Shown here: positions 38,161-46,855 of the stretch, in pieces
Layout: every line of letters begins with the position of its first letter
Position numbering within the stretch: the first letter of the stretch is position 1
Origin: Oscillospiraceae bacterium
GTDB lineage: Bacteria; Bacillota; Clostridia; Oscillospirales; Oscillospiraceae
Length of the DNA stretch: 64,000 nucleotides
Direction of reading: 5' to 3'
NCBI GenBank assembly: GCA_050944055.1
Contig: JBMNQI010000001.1
Span: 14,328 to 78,327 of the forward strand
Made by a program: the position numbers and the translations under genes
The notes under the pieces: model-generated
The model's input: the letters and a program-made list of their open reading frames with translations, nothing else
Databases searched by the model: none
Told to the model about the DNA's origin: nothing

Positions 38161-38274
38161 TTAGCAGCGGTTTCCGGTGCCCGCGAAACCATTTCCGCAG
38201 CAGCAGCACAGGAGCAGTATGATAAGTATTATGCACAAGCACCCGTTTCCGTCGAAGAAATCACTATTAAACAT
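38161..38274 (-). CDS. small Cys/Gly-rich hydrophobic peptide (37 aa), absent from the ORF track
   Basis: My own translation is MFNSDFFDGNGCLCIILIILLLCCCCGNGFAGTGNRC*. ATG at 38274 is preceded by a GAGGTGA RBS with 5-nt spacing. A single central TM-like segment is flanked by G/N/C-rich tails, resembling the tiny YjcZ-like or Cys-rich peptides of spore formers. Confidence 0.5.
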   Translation of the reverse strand: MFNSDFFDGNGCLCIILIILLLCCCCGNGFAGTGNRC

Positions 38275-38334
38275 TTTTTCACCTCGCTATACTTTTCTGA
38301 GCCATTCTATGCAGGTTCCATCCGCCCTGTTACG

Positions 38335-39708
38335 ATGAAAGGATTATTGATTATGTCCCCAAGTTTTGACGACCGCGATTTTGATATCAACCGGCCCGCC
38401 GACGATCTTGACCTTGACGAATTCAGGCGTTTGGCCGAGTCTAATGAGCCAGTCGAAAAAAGTGAGGCGGAGAATTTCGACTTTACGCGGCTGACGCAAA
38501 AGAAGCCCGCCGTGGAAAATGCAAGTGAACGGAGGCAGACTGTGCCCAGGCCTGTTAAAAAGCCTGAGGGCAGTAAGAAGGAAGTAAGCCGGCCCGCGAA
38601 AATGCCTAAGCCCCGGGAAGATAAAAAACCGGAGCGGGACATAAGGACCGAAAAGACTGTCGAACTGGGTTCCCGCAGGCGCACGGGCTGCCTCGGCGCG
38701 CTTTTGTTTTTTGCTTTCATTGTAGGGATTTCGACTTTGCTGGCAGTGGTCGGCTGGATGGCGGCGACGGACGTGCTGGCGCTTGGCAAGGACTACGAGA
38801 CGGCCGTTATTGAGATAGAGGAGACGGACGGGCTGCCCGACGTGGCCCGGAAGCTTTCAGAGAAGGGTATAATCGAATATCCGTGGCTTTTCCGCCTTTT
38901 CGGCAGAATCGCCGACGCCGAGGAGAAAATCCAACCGGGCTCCTTCGAGCTCAACACAACTATGGACTACCGCGCGATAATAACTTCCATGGGGTCTCAT
39001 TCCCCGACACGGCTTACGGTCAAGATAACCATCCCCGAAGGCTTTACGCTCAAGGAGACGCTTAAAAAGCTTGCCGACAACGGCGTTGCCTCTTACGACA
39101 AGCTGCTGGACACCGCGGCGAATTACGATTTTGAATACAGCTTCCTCAGCGAGCTGCCGCTGGGCGACGAAAACAGGCTCGAGGGCTATTTGTTCCCGGA
39201 CACCTATGAATTCTATATAGAAGAGAATACGGTTACGGCGATAAACAAGCTGCTTTCCAACTTCAATTCAAAATTCGGCACGGAAATGAGGGAGCGCGCC
39301 GAGGAGATGGGATATTCGATACACGATATCGTTACTATCGCCTCGCTTATTGAGGAGGAGGCCGCAAACGACTCGGAGCGCGCTACCGTCGCTTCCGTCA
39401 TATATAACCGTTTGAGCAGCGATTCCTTCCCCTACCTGCAGATCGACGCGACAGTGCAGTATGCCCTGCCTGAGCGCAAGGAGGAGCTGAGCCTCGACGA
39501 CCTCCAGATAGACAGCCCCTATAACACCTATAAATACCCCGGCCTGCCGGCAGGCCCGATAGCAAATCCGGGTTGGGCGTCTCTCAACGCCGCGCTTTAC
39601 CCGGCATCTACAGATTACTATTTCTACGCCCTTGGAGCGGACGGGACGCACCATTTCTCAAGGACGAAGGACGAGCACGACGCGTTCGTCGCACAGATGA
39701 ACGGCTAA
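38335..39708 (+). CDS. mltG: endolytic murein transglycosylase MltG (YceG-like) with a long disordered N-terminus
   Basis: YceG domain motifs (LEGYLFPDTYEF, IASLIEEEA, PYNTYKYPGLPAGPI). The start may be 38335 or 38353. Confidence 0.85.
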   Translation: MKGLLIMSPSFDDRDFDINRPADDLDLDEFRRLAESNEPVEKSEAENFDFTRLTQKKPAVENASERRQTVPRPVKKPEGSKKEVSRPAKMPKPREDKKPERDIRTEKTVELGSRRRTGCLGALLFFAFIVGISTLLAVVGWMAATDVLALGKDYETAVIEIEETDGLPDVARKLSEKGIIEYPWLFRLFGRIADAEEKIQPGSFELNTTMDYRAIITSMGSHSPTRLTVKITIPEGFTLKETLKKLADNGVASYDKLLDTAANYDFEYSFLSELPLGDENRLEGYLFPDTYEFYIEENTVTAINKLLSNFNSKFGTEMRERAEEMGYSIHDIVTIASLIEEEAANDSERATVASVIYNRLSSDSFPYLQIDATVQYALPERKEELSLDDLQIDSPYNTYKYPGLPAGPIANPGWASLNAALYPASTDYYFYALGADGTHHFSRTKDEHDAFVAQMNG

Positions 39709-39732
39709 TCTATACAATGGGAGCATAATCGC

Positions 39733-42372
39733 ATGGAACCGATGGGACTGAACACAATACGCGAAAAATTCCTTTCATTCTTCGAGAGCAAGGGGCATTT
39801 GAGGCACGCGAGCTTTCCCCTCGTGCCTCAGGGGGACAACAGCCTGCTGCTTATCAACTCAGGGATGGCGCCTTTAAAGCCTTATTTTTCAGGCGAGGTC
39901 ACGCCGCCGTCCAAACGCATGACCACCTGCCAGAAATGCATCAGGACGCCGGATATAGAGCGTGTGGGCAAAACCAGCCGCCACGGCACCTTCTTTGAAA
40001 TGCTGGGGAACTTCTCCTTCGGGGACTATTTCAAACGCGAGGCGGCGGCCTGGGCGTGGGAGTTTGTGACGGAAGTAATGCAGATACCAAAGGACAGGCT
40101 GTATGTGACAGTCTATCTTGACGACGACGAGGCCTACGATATCTGGACTAAGGAGGTCGGCGTCGACCCGTCGCATGTTTCCCGCCTCGGCAAGGCGGAT
40201 AATTTCTGGGAGATCGGCTCCGGCCCCTGCGGCCCCTGCTCCGAGATTTATTTTGACCGCGGCGAGAAGTATTCCTGCGGCAGCCCGGACTGCAAGGTCG
40301 GCTGCGACTGCGACCGCTATGTCGAATTCTGGAACCTTGTGTTCACCCAGTTCCATAACGACGGCAACGGCAATTACACTGAGCTTAAGCAGAAGAATAT
40401 CGACACCGGCATGGGTCTGGAGCGCCTTGCCTGCATAATGCAGGGCGTCGAGAGCCTGTTCGACGTCGATACGGTCATGAATATAACAAAGCATGTCTCG
40501 CAAATCACAGGCGCTGTCTACGGGCAGAGCGAGAGCACGGACGTTTCCCTGCGCGTCATAACGGACCATATACGCTCGACGACAATGATGGTATGCGACG
40601 GGATACTCCCGTCCAACGAGGGCCGCGGCTATGTGCTGCGCCGGCTCCTGCGCCGCGCCGCGCGCCACGGTCGCCTGCTCGGCGTCGACCGCCCCTTCCT
40701 TTACGAGGTCTGCGGCACGGTCATAAACGAAAGCAGGAAAGCCTATCCCGAGCTTGAGGAAAAACGCGATTATATACGCCGAATAATAAAGCTGGAGGAG
40801 GAAAACTTCAGCCGCACAATCGACTCCGGCATGCGCATACTTGAAGGACTTATGGCGGAGCTTGAATCAAAGAACCAAAAGATTCTCTCGGGTGAAGACA
40901 GCTTCAAGCTCTACGATACCTACGGGTTCCCCGTCGACCTCACAATAGAGATACTGGCCGAGAAGGGCCTGACTCTGGACCGCGAAGGCTTCGATAATCT
41001 GATGAACGAGCAGCGGACGCGCGCCCGGGCGGCGAGGGCGGCCCTCGGGGACTTTGCCTGGGAGGGCATTGACCTGGGGCTCGACCGGGATATTGTAACG
41101 GAGTTTACGGGCTACGAGAGATTTGAGGAAGAAGACGCGACTGTGCTCGCAATAGTGGTCGGGGATGAACAGCGCTCGGCGGCCTATGAGGGCGAAAAAG
41201 CCGTTGTCGTACTCGATAAGACCCCGTTTTACGCGGAGCAGGGCGGCCAGGTCACGGATACGGGCAAGCTGACAGCCGACGGTATTCTGTTTGAAGTCAC
41301 CGACGTAAGGAAGTCCAAAGACGGCAAATACATGCATAACGGCGTTGTTAAAAAGGGCCGGGTAAACGTATCCGCAAAGCTCAGGGCATCCATCGACGCT
41401 GAACGCCGCCGCGCTATTATGCGCGCGCACAGCGCGACGCATTTACTGCAAAAGGCCCTGCGTAGCGTATTGGGAACGCACGTGGAGCAGGCCGGCTCCC
41501 TCGTTACGCCGGACAGGCTGCGCTTCGACTTCACGCATTTTTCGGCCGTAACGCCGCAGGAGCTGGAGGCGGTAGAGCGCGAGGTGAACGAGGCCATTCT
41601 GGCCGACCTGCCTGTCTCGGCAACTGAGATGCCGATTGCCGAGGCGCGCGCTTTGGGCGCGATGGCGCTCTTCGGCGAAAAATACGGCGATATAGTCCGC
41701 GTAATTAAAATGGGCGATTATTCCGCCGAGCTTTGCGGCGGAACGCATCTGAGCAACACCGCGAAAGCCGGTTCCTTCCGCATACTGAGCGAGGCCTCCA
41801 TCGCCTCCGGCGTGCGGCGCATCGAGGCTGTCGTCGGCAAGGAGGCGCTTAGGTCGGCGGACGAAAACGCGGTGCTTATACACGCTGTAGCCGAAAGGCT
41901 CAAAACAAATCCCTCCGACCTGAAGCACAGGGCCGATCAGCTCATGAACGAAGTGTCCGAGCTGCGCCGCTCTAATGATAACCTCCGGGAAAAGCTGATG
42001 CGCGGCGAGGCTCTGGAGTATTTAGGCTCCGCCCGCGACGTAAAAGGGCTGAAGCTTATTACAGCCGAGCTTGAAGGCCGGAGCGCGGAAGAAATGCGCT
42101 CCATGGGCGACTTTTTCCGCGACAAGAGCGACGCCGTTGTCGCCGTGCTGGCTTCAGTCAACAGCGGCCGGATAAGCTTCCTATGCGTCTGCGGCAGGGA
42201 GGCAATATCCAAAGGCCTCAAGGCCGGCGACATTATAAAGCACGTCTGCGCAACCACAGGCGGCTCGGGCGGCGGCAAGCCGGACAGCGCCATGGGCGGA
42301 GGAAAGGACATAAGCAAACTGGGCGAGGCCCTGGCTTCCGTGGAAGGCTTTATCGCTTCCAAGCTAGGTTAA
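39733..42372 (+). CDS. alaS: alanyl-tRNA synthetase
   Basis: Class II core FEMLGNFSFGDYFK, editing-domain HSATHLL and CGGTH, and a C-terminal DHHA1 domain. Length is 879 aa. Confidence 0.95.
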   Translation: MEPMGLNTIREKFLSFFESKGHLRHASFPLVPQGDNSLLLINSGMAPLKPYFSGEVTPPSKRMTTCQKCIRTPDIERVGKTSRHGTFFEMLGNFSFGDYFKREAAAWAWEFVTEVMQIPKDRLYVTVYLDDDEAYDIWTKEVGVDPSHVSRLGKADNFWEIGSGPCGPCSEIYFDRGEKYSCGSPDCKVGCDCDRYVEFWNLVFTQFHNDGNGNYTELKQKNIDTGMGLERLACIMQGVESLFDVDTVMNITKHVSQITGAVYGQSESTDVSLRVITDHIRSTTMMVCDGILPSNEGRGYVLRRLLRRAARHGRLLGVDRPFLYEVCGTVINESRKAYPELEEKRDYIRRIIKLEEENFSRTIDSGMRILEGLMAELESKNQKILSGEDSFKLYDTYGFPVDLTIEILAEKGLTLDREGFDNLMNEQRTRARAARAALGDFAWEGIDLGLDRDIVTEFTGYERFEEEDATVLAIVVGDEQRSAAYEGEKAVVVLDKTPFYAEQGGQVTDTGKLTADGILFEVTDVRKSKDGKYMHNGVVKKGRVNVSAKLRASIDAERRRAIMRAHSATHLLQKALRSVLGTHVEQAGSLVTPDRLRFDFTHFSAVTPQELEAVEREVNEAILADLPVSATEMPIAEARALGAMALFGEKYGDIVRVIKMGDYSAELCGGTHLSNTAKAGSFRILSEASIASGVRRIEAVVGKEALRSADENAVLIHAVAERLKTNPSDLKHRADQLMNEVSELRRSNDNLREKLMRGEALEYLGSARDVKGLKLITAELEGRSAEEMRSMGDFFRDKSDAVVAVLASVNSGRISFLCVCGREAISKGLKAGDIIKHVCATTGGSGGGKPDSAMGGGKDISKLGEALASVEGFIASKLG

Positions 42373-42402
42373 CATAACATTATTCCGAACGGAGGAAACA
42401 AT

Positions 42403-42741
42403 ATGTCTGACTGCCTATTTTGCAAAATCGCGGCGGGGGAAATACCGTCTGCGCGCGTCTATGAGGACGATACCGTTTTAGCCTTCCGAGACATTGACCC
42501 GAAAGCGCCAATCCACTTCCTCGTCATTCCAAAGGCCCATATCGACTCCGCGGCGAGCATCGACAGTTCAAATTCCAAAGTCGTGGCTCATATATTCGAG
42601 GTAATAGCCGAGACTGCGAAAAAGGAAGGTGCAGGCAGCTTCCGCGTGGTCACGAACTGCGGCGAGCAGGCCGGTCAGAGCGTCGGGCACCTGCACTTCC
42701 ATGTGCTTGCCGGCCGCGATTTGACATGGCCTCCGGGCTAA
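42403..42741 (+). CDS. HIT family (histidine triad) nucleotide hydrolase
   Basis: Histidine triad HLHFHVL. Length is 112 aa. Confidence 0.9.
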   Translation: MSDCLFCKIAAGEIPSARVYEDDTVLAFRDIDPKAPIHFLVIPKAHIDSAASIDSSNSKVVAHIFEVIAETAKKEGAGSFRVVTNCGEQAGQSVGHLHFHVLAGRDLTWPPG

Positions 42742-42802
42742 TTGCGGCACTATTATTCATTCACCGCCATGCGCGGCCGGAACTCTGCTGGGCTTAGCCT
42801 TA

Positions 42803-42832
42803 AGCGGGCGGTATGAGCCGTCCGCTTTTTTG
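42803..42832 (+). terminator. intrinsic terminator after the HIT gene
   Basis: AGCGGGCGG pairs with CCGTCCGCT (including G-U pairs), followed by TTTTTT. Confidence 0.6.
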
Positions 42833-42970
42833 CTTTGGAGAGCTTCAAACCGGCGCGCCACGCCAATTTTCGTCGCGCAGATTGACGTGCGTTATACGAA
42901 TACTTTCAGCGCGTCTGCGCAATGGAGGTCAACATGTGCTTTCCGCGGCTGAACATAGCAACTGAAAGAC

Positions 42971-45190
42971 ATGCGTAAGCTGGGAATATTCTCGCTCGGC
43001 TTTGCCGCCGCCTGCTTTGCATCGCAGTATCTGCTTCCCGCAAACATTCTCTTATGGTTTGTGGGCGGCGCGCTGATTCTGTCTATTGCGTCCGCGCTGC
43101 TGCTTCGCGGAGACTGGCGCATACGCGCCGCTGTCTTTCTTTCGGGAGCCGCCGTATCCTTTGGGCTAAGCTATGCGCATTACCTTACGCATGACGTAAA
43201 GGCAGCGGCGCAGGACGGGCGTGAGGAAATAATAACCGCCCGTGCTGAAGCCTATACGGAGGCGACGGACTGGGGCTGCCGTGTGCTCGTGCGCACAGAC
43301 GGGCTGAAAGCCTATCTCTATCTGCAGGACGATGTGGACATAGCGCCCGGAGATGAAATAACTCTGCGCGCAAAGCTCAGCCTGCCGCGAAAGGAAATAA
43401 GAGATTATTATAATTCAAAAGGCGTTTATCTTACGGCGGTGCAAAAAAGCGAGCCCGTTTATTCCCGCCCGGCAAAAGTCCCCATGCGATACTGGCCGGC
43501 AGTAGTTTTCAATTCGCTGAAGCGCAGCATAGCTTCAGGCTTTTCGCCCGATGTATCCGGCCTTGTAAACGCGGTCGTCACAGGAGACGACTCCGGGTTG
43601 GAGGAGAGCCTTGTTTCGGCGATAAGCAGCACGGGGCTTACGCACGTTGTCGTCGTCTCGGGCATGCACTTTTCATATCTTCTGGCTTTTCTCTATTTAC
43701 TGACAGGCAAAAACCCGCGCAGGCGCTTAATCGCTCTTCCAATCCTGCTTTTCTTCATGGCCGTCACCGGATTTACGCCGTCGGTCATGCGCGCCGGGAT
43801 AATCGCGATTATTCTGCTTCCGGCTCCGGTATTAAAAAGGGAGTACGACCCTCTGACGGGTTTGGGGCTCTCGCTTATAATTATGCTGGGCATAAACCCC
43901 AAGGCCGCGCTGAGCATAAGCCTGCAGCTGAGCTACGCGTCGTTCCTGGGTCTTCTGCTGTTTTCGCCGCGGATTTATTCCGCTTTCAGGCAAAGGCTTC
44001 ATAGCAAACTGCGCATTTTAGACCGTATCCTCAAATACGTATGCTCGTCCGCAGCGGCGACGCTTGGGGCGATGGCGCTGACCGTACCGCTTACAGCCGT
44101 ATACTTCGGGCGGGTCTCGGTACTTGCCCCGCTTGCCAATCTTGTGACCCTGCCGGTTGTAGTCTTTATTTTCATAGGCGGCGTTATTGTCGGCGCTTTG
44201 GGCATATTTCTTCCTCTTGCCGCTTCGGCTCTGTCGTTTATCGTATGGCCGTTCGCCAGGTATTTCGATTGGATGGCGACGCTTCTCAGCCGCACTCAGG
44301 CCATATCGTTTTCGACCGGCAACCCGTTCCTCTTATACTGGCTCGTGTTCGCTTACGCGATAATACTGCTGATGCTGCTTGCTCCCAGGCCCGGAAAGAA
44401 GTTCTATATCCCGCTTGCCTGTCTTGCGGTCTCCTTCTGCGCCGCCTGCTGCGCGGGCCTTATGCTCTATTCAGATACGCTGAGCCTGGTTATATCGGAC
44501 GTGGGGCAGGGCAGCTGCGCCGTACTCTCGTCCGGGAGCTGCAGCGCCGTATTTGACTGCGGAGGCAGCAAAGCGGCGGACAAAGCGCAAAACGCGCTGT
44601 CCGCGCTGGGAAAGACGTCTCTCGACGCGCTGGTTCTGACGCATCTGCATGCTGACCATGCAGGCGGCGCCGCGTCTCTTATTTCCTGCATGAAGGTCGA
44701 TGCGCTCTACCTTCCCATGACGGCGGACAGGGACGGGCTTTTAGGCGGCATACTCCAAAAAGCGCGGGAGTACGGAACCAGGGTAATATACGTCACGGAG
44801 GATATGACTCTCGAGCTTGGCAATACAAGAGTAAGGCTGGTAGCGCCTCTGGGGCGGGAGGACAACGAGGCGGGGCTTGCCGCCATAATAACCAGGGACG
44901 ATTTCGATGCGCTGATTACAGGCGACATGGGCTCGGAAACGGAGATCAGGCTGGCATCGCGGTATGAGCTGCCGAAGACTGAGGTGTTCATAGTCAGCCA
45001 TCACGGCTCAAAAAACGGCTCATGCAAAATGCTGCTAGATGAAATAAAACCCGACATTGCCGTTATTTCTGTAGGAGAAGGCAATACATACGGGCATCCG
45101 TCCGGCGAGGCGGTTTCGCGGCTTAAATCAGCGGGCGCCGAAATATACAGGACGGACTTAAACGGAAGCATAAGCATAACTCTTAATTGA
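42971..45190 (+). CDS. comEC: DNA internalization competence protein ComEC/Rec2
   Basis: Polytopic competence domain plus a C-terminal metallo-beta-lactamase domain (THLHADHAGG). Length is 739 aa. Confidence 0.85.
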   Translation: MRKLGIFSLGFAAACFASQYLLPANILLWFVGGALILSIASALLLRGDWRIRAAVFLSGAAVSFGLSYAHYLTHDVKAAAQDGREEIITARAEAYTEATDWGCRVLVRTDGLKAYLYLQDDVDIAPGDEITLRAKLSLPRKEIRDYYNSKGVYLTAVQKSEPVYSRPAKVPMRYWPAVVFNSLKRSIASGFSPDVSGLVNAVVTGDDSGLEESLVSAISSTGLTHVVVVSGMHFSYLLAFLYLLTGKNPRRRLIALPILLFFMAVTGFTPSVMRAGIIAIILLPAPVLKREYDPLTGLGLSLIIMLGINPKAALSISLQLSYASFLGLLLFSPRIYSAFRQRLHSKLRILDRILKYVCSSAAATLGAMALTVPLTAVYFGRVSVLAPLANLVTLPVVVFIFIGGVIVGALGIFLPLAASALSFIVWPFARYFDWMATLLSRTQAISFSTGNPFLLYWLVFAYAIILLMLLAPRPGKKFYIPLACLAVSFCAACCAGLMLYSDTLSLVISDVGQGSCAVLSSGSCSAVFDCGGSKAADKAQNALSALGKTSLDALVLTHLHADHAGGAASLISCMKVDALYLPMTADRDGLLGGILQKAREYGTRVIYVTEDMTLELGNTRVRLVAPLGREDNEAGLAAIITRDDFDALITGDMGSETEIRLASRYELPKTEVFIVSHHGSKNGSCKMLLDEIKPDIAVISVGEGNTYGHPSGEAVSRLKSAGAEIYRTDLNGSISITLN

Positions 45191-45221
45191 CTTTCGGGCG
45201 CGTTATGAAGGGGGGCGGCGT

Positions 45222-46271
45222 ATGTCCGGCGCGAAAAAGGGAAGCCCGGAGAGCCCGGGCTATAGGAAGCTAAAAGAAGATATAAAGAACGGCCGGCCCG
45301 CCCGGGGCTACGTATTTTACGGCGAGGAGACCTATCTCCGCGACTACTACGCGTCGTACCTTCGTAAAATGATGACGGATAAGGCGACGGAGTGTTTTAA
45401 CTACCGTGTGCTGGACGGCGGGAATCTTAACATGGATAAGCTGGAGTCAGCAGTCGAGACCCCGCCTATGTTCTCCGAGCGCGTCTATATACCCGTATGG
45501 GATTATAATTTCTGGGCCCTGCCTGAAAACGAGCGCGAGCGTTTTACGGAGCTCATTTCAGACCTGCCGGAATACTGCTGCCTTGTTTTTTTGTTCGATA
45601 CCTTGGAGTATAAACCGGACCACCGAAAGAAAAAGCTAAGCGAGGCCGTGGATAAAAACCTCCGCGTCGTGGAGTTTAAGCGCAGGGAGGCCGGCGATCT
45701 CTACAGCTGGGTAAGGCAGAAATTCGTTCAGGCCGGCAGCGACATAGATAAAGAGCGGACGGACTACCTGATATTCCTGTGCGGCGGGCTTATGACCCTG
45801 CTTGAAAAAGAAATCGAGAAAATTGCGGCAAGGGCGGGACATCGCCTTGTAACAAAAGAGGATATAGACGCGGTCGCCGTACCCGTCGTCGAGGCCGTTG
45901 TGTTCGATTTGACAGACGCGCTGTCCAAAAACGACGCCGCGCAGGCCTTGACTGTGCTTGAGAAGCTCTTCGCCCTGCGCGAGGAGCCCATATCCCTGCT
46001 CGCCGTAATCGGGGGGCAGATGAGGAACGTCGCTCTGGCGAGGGTTGCGCTTGAAGAGGGGAAAAAGCCCTCCGAGCTTGCCGCCGCGCTGGGCTACCGT
46101 TCGGACTACCCGGCAAAAAGGCTTCTGGATACGGCGCGTCCGCTGTCGCTCAGAACCTGCCTTGAGCGCGTAAAACTGTGCGCGCAGTACGATTTACGCT
46201 TAAAAACCGCCGCCGGCAAGGAAGAAGTAATGCGGGAGCTGATTATGAAACTATGCCTCTTGTCCAAGTAG
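45222..46271 (+). CDS. holA: DNA polymerase III delta subunit
   Basis: Length, position after comEC and HolA-like N-terminal region (YVFYGEETYL) support the call. Confidence 0.8.
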   Translation: MSGAKKGSPESPGYRKLKEDIKNGRPARGYVFYGEETYLRDYYASYLRKMMTDKATECFNYRVLDGGNLNMDKLESAVETPPMFSERVYIPVWDYNFWALPENERERFTELISDLPEYCCLVFLFDTLEYKPDHRKKKLSEAVDKNLRVVEFKRREAGDLYSWVRQKFVQAGSDIDKERTDYLIFLCGGLMTLLEKEIEKIAARAGHRLVTKEDIDAVAVPVVEAVVFDLTDALSKNDAAQALTVLEKLFALREEPISLLAVIGGQMRNVALARVALEEGKKPSELAAALGYRSDYPAKRLLDTARPLSLRTCLERVKLCAQYDLRLKTAAGKEEVMRELIMKLCLLSK

Positions 46272-46843
46272 CCGAGACCGTCATCGTCGAGGGCCGGTAT
46301 GATAAAAACAAACTCTCGCAGATTATCGACGCCGTCATACTTGACACCTCAGGCTTCGGCATATTCAACGACGAAGAAAAGATAGAGCTATTCCGCCGCA
46401 TGGCGGAAAAGCGCGGCATAGTAATCCTCACGGACAGCGACGGGGCGGGCTTCCAGATCCGGAACTTCATCAAGTCGCGCGTGACGAAGGGCCGCGTGCT
46501 CCACGCCTATATACCCGACGTTTACGGCAGGGAGAGGCGTAAAAAAAAGGCGTCGAGCGAAGGAAAGCTCGGCGTCGAGGGTATGGATAGCGAGGTCATA
46601 CTAAAGGCGCTGCGAATTGCGGGAGTAACGATGGACGGGGAGGCAAAACAGCAGGCAAACGGCAGGATCACCAAATCGGACCTTTATACGCTAGGCCTTT
46701 CCGGAACCTCGGGAAGCGCCGAAAGAAGGAAGCAGCTGCTTGATAAACTTGGGCTGCCGGAGCGCATGACCGCCAATACGCTGCTCACCGTCCTCAACGC
46801 GCTCTATACCAGAGAGGAATTTATAAGTATTTCAGATAAATAA
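46253..46843 (+). CDS. rnmV: ribonuclease M5 (Toprim domain, 5S rRNA maturase)
   Basis: Toprim motifs VIVEGRYD and ILTDSDGAGFQIR. ATG at 46253 overlaps the holA end. Confidence 0.8.
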   Translation: MPLVQVAETVIVEGRYDKNKLSQIIDAVILDTSGFGIFNDEEKIELFRRMAEKRGIVILTDSDGAGFQIRNFIKSRVTKGRVLHAYIPDVYGRERRKKKASSEGKLGVEGMDSEVILKALRIAGVTMDGEAKQQANGRITKSDLYTLGLSGTSGSAERRKQLLDKLGLPERMTANTLLTVLNALYTREEFISISDK

Positions 46844-46855
46844 GGAGACACGCAG

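Noticed and set aside
38033-38242. 69-aa minus-strand ORF in the DJ-1/mltG gap
   Set aside because: It has no RBS and an unremarkable composition, and it overlaps in another frame the much better supported 37-aa Cys-rich peptide ORF (38161..38274).
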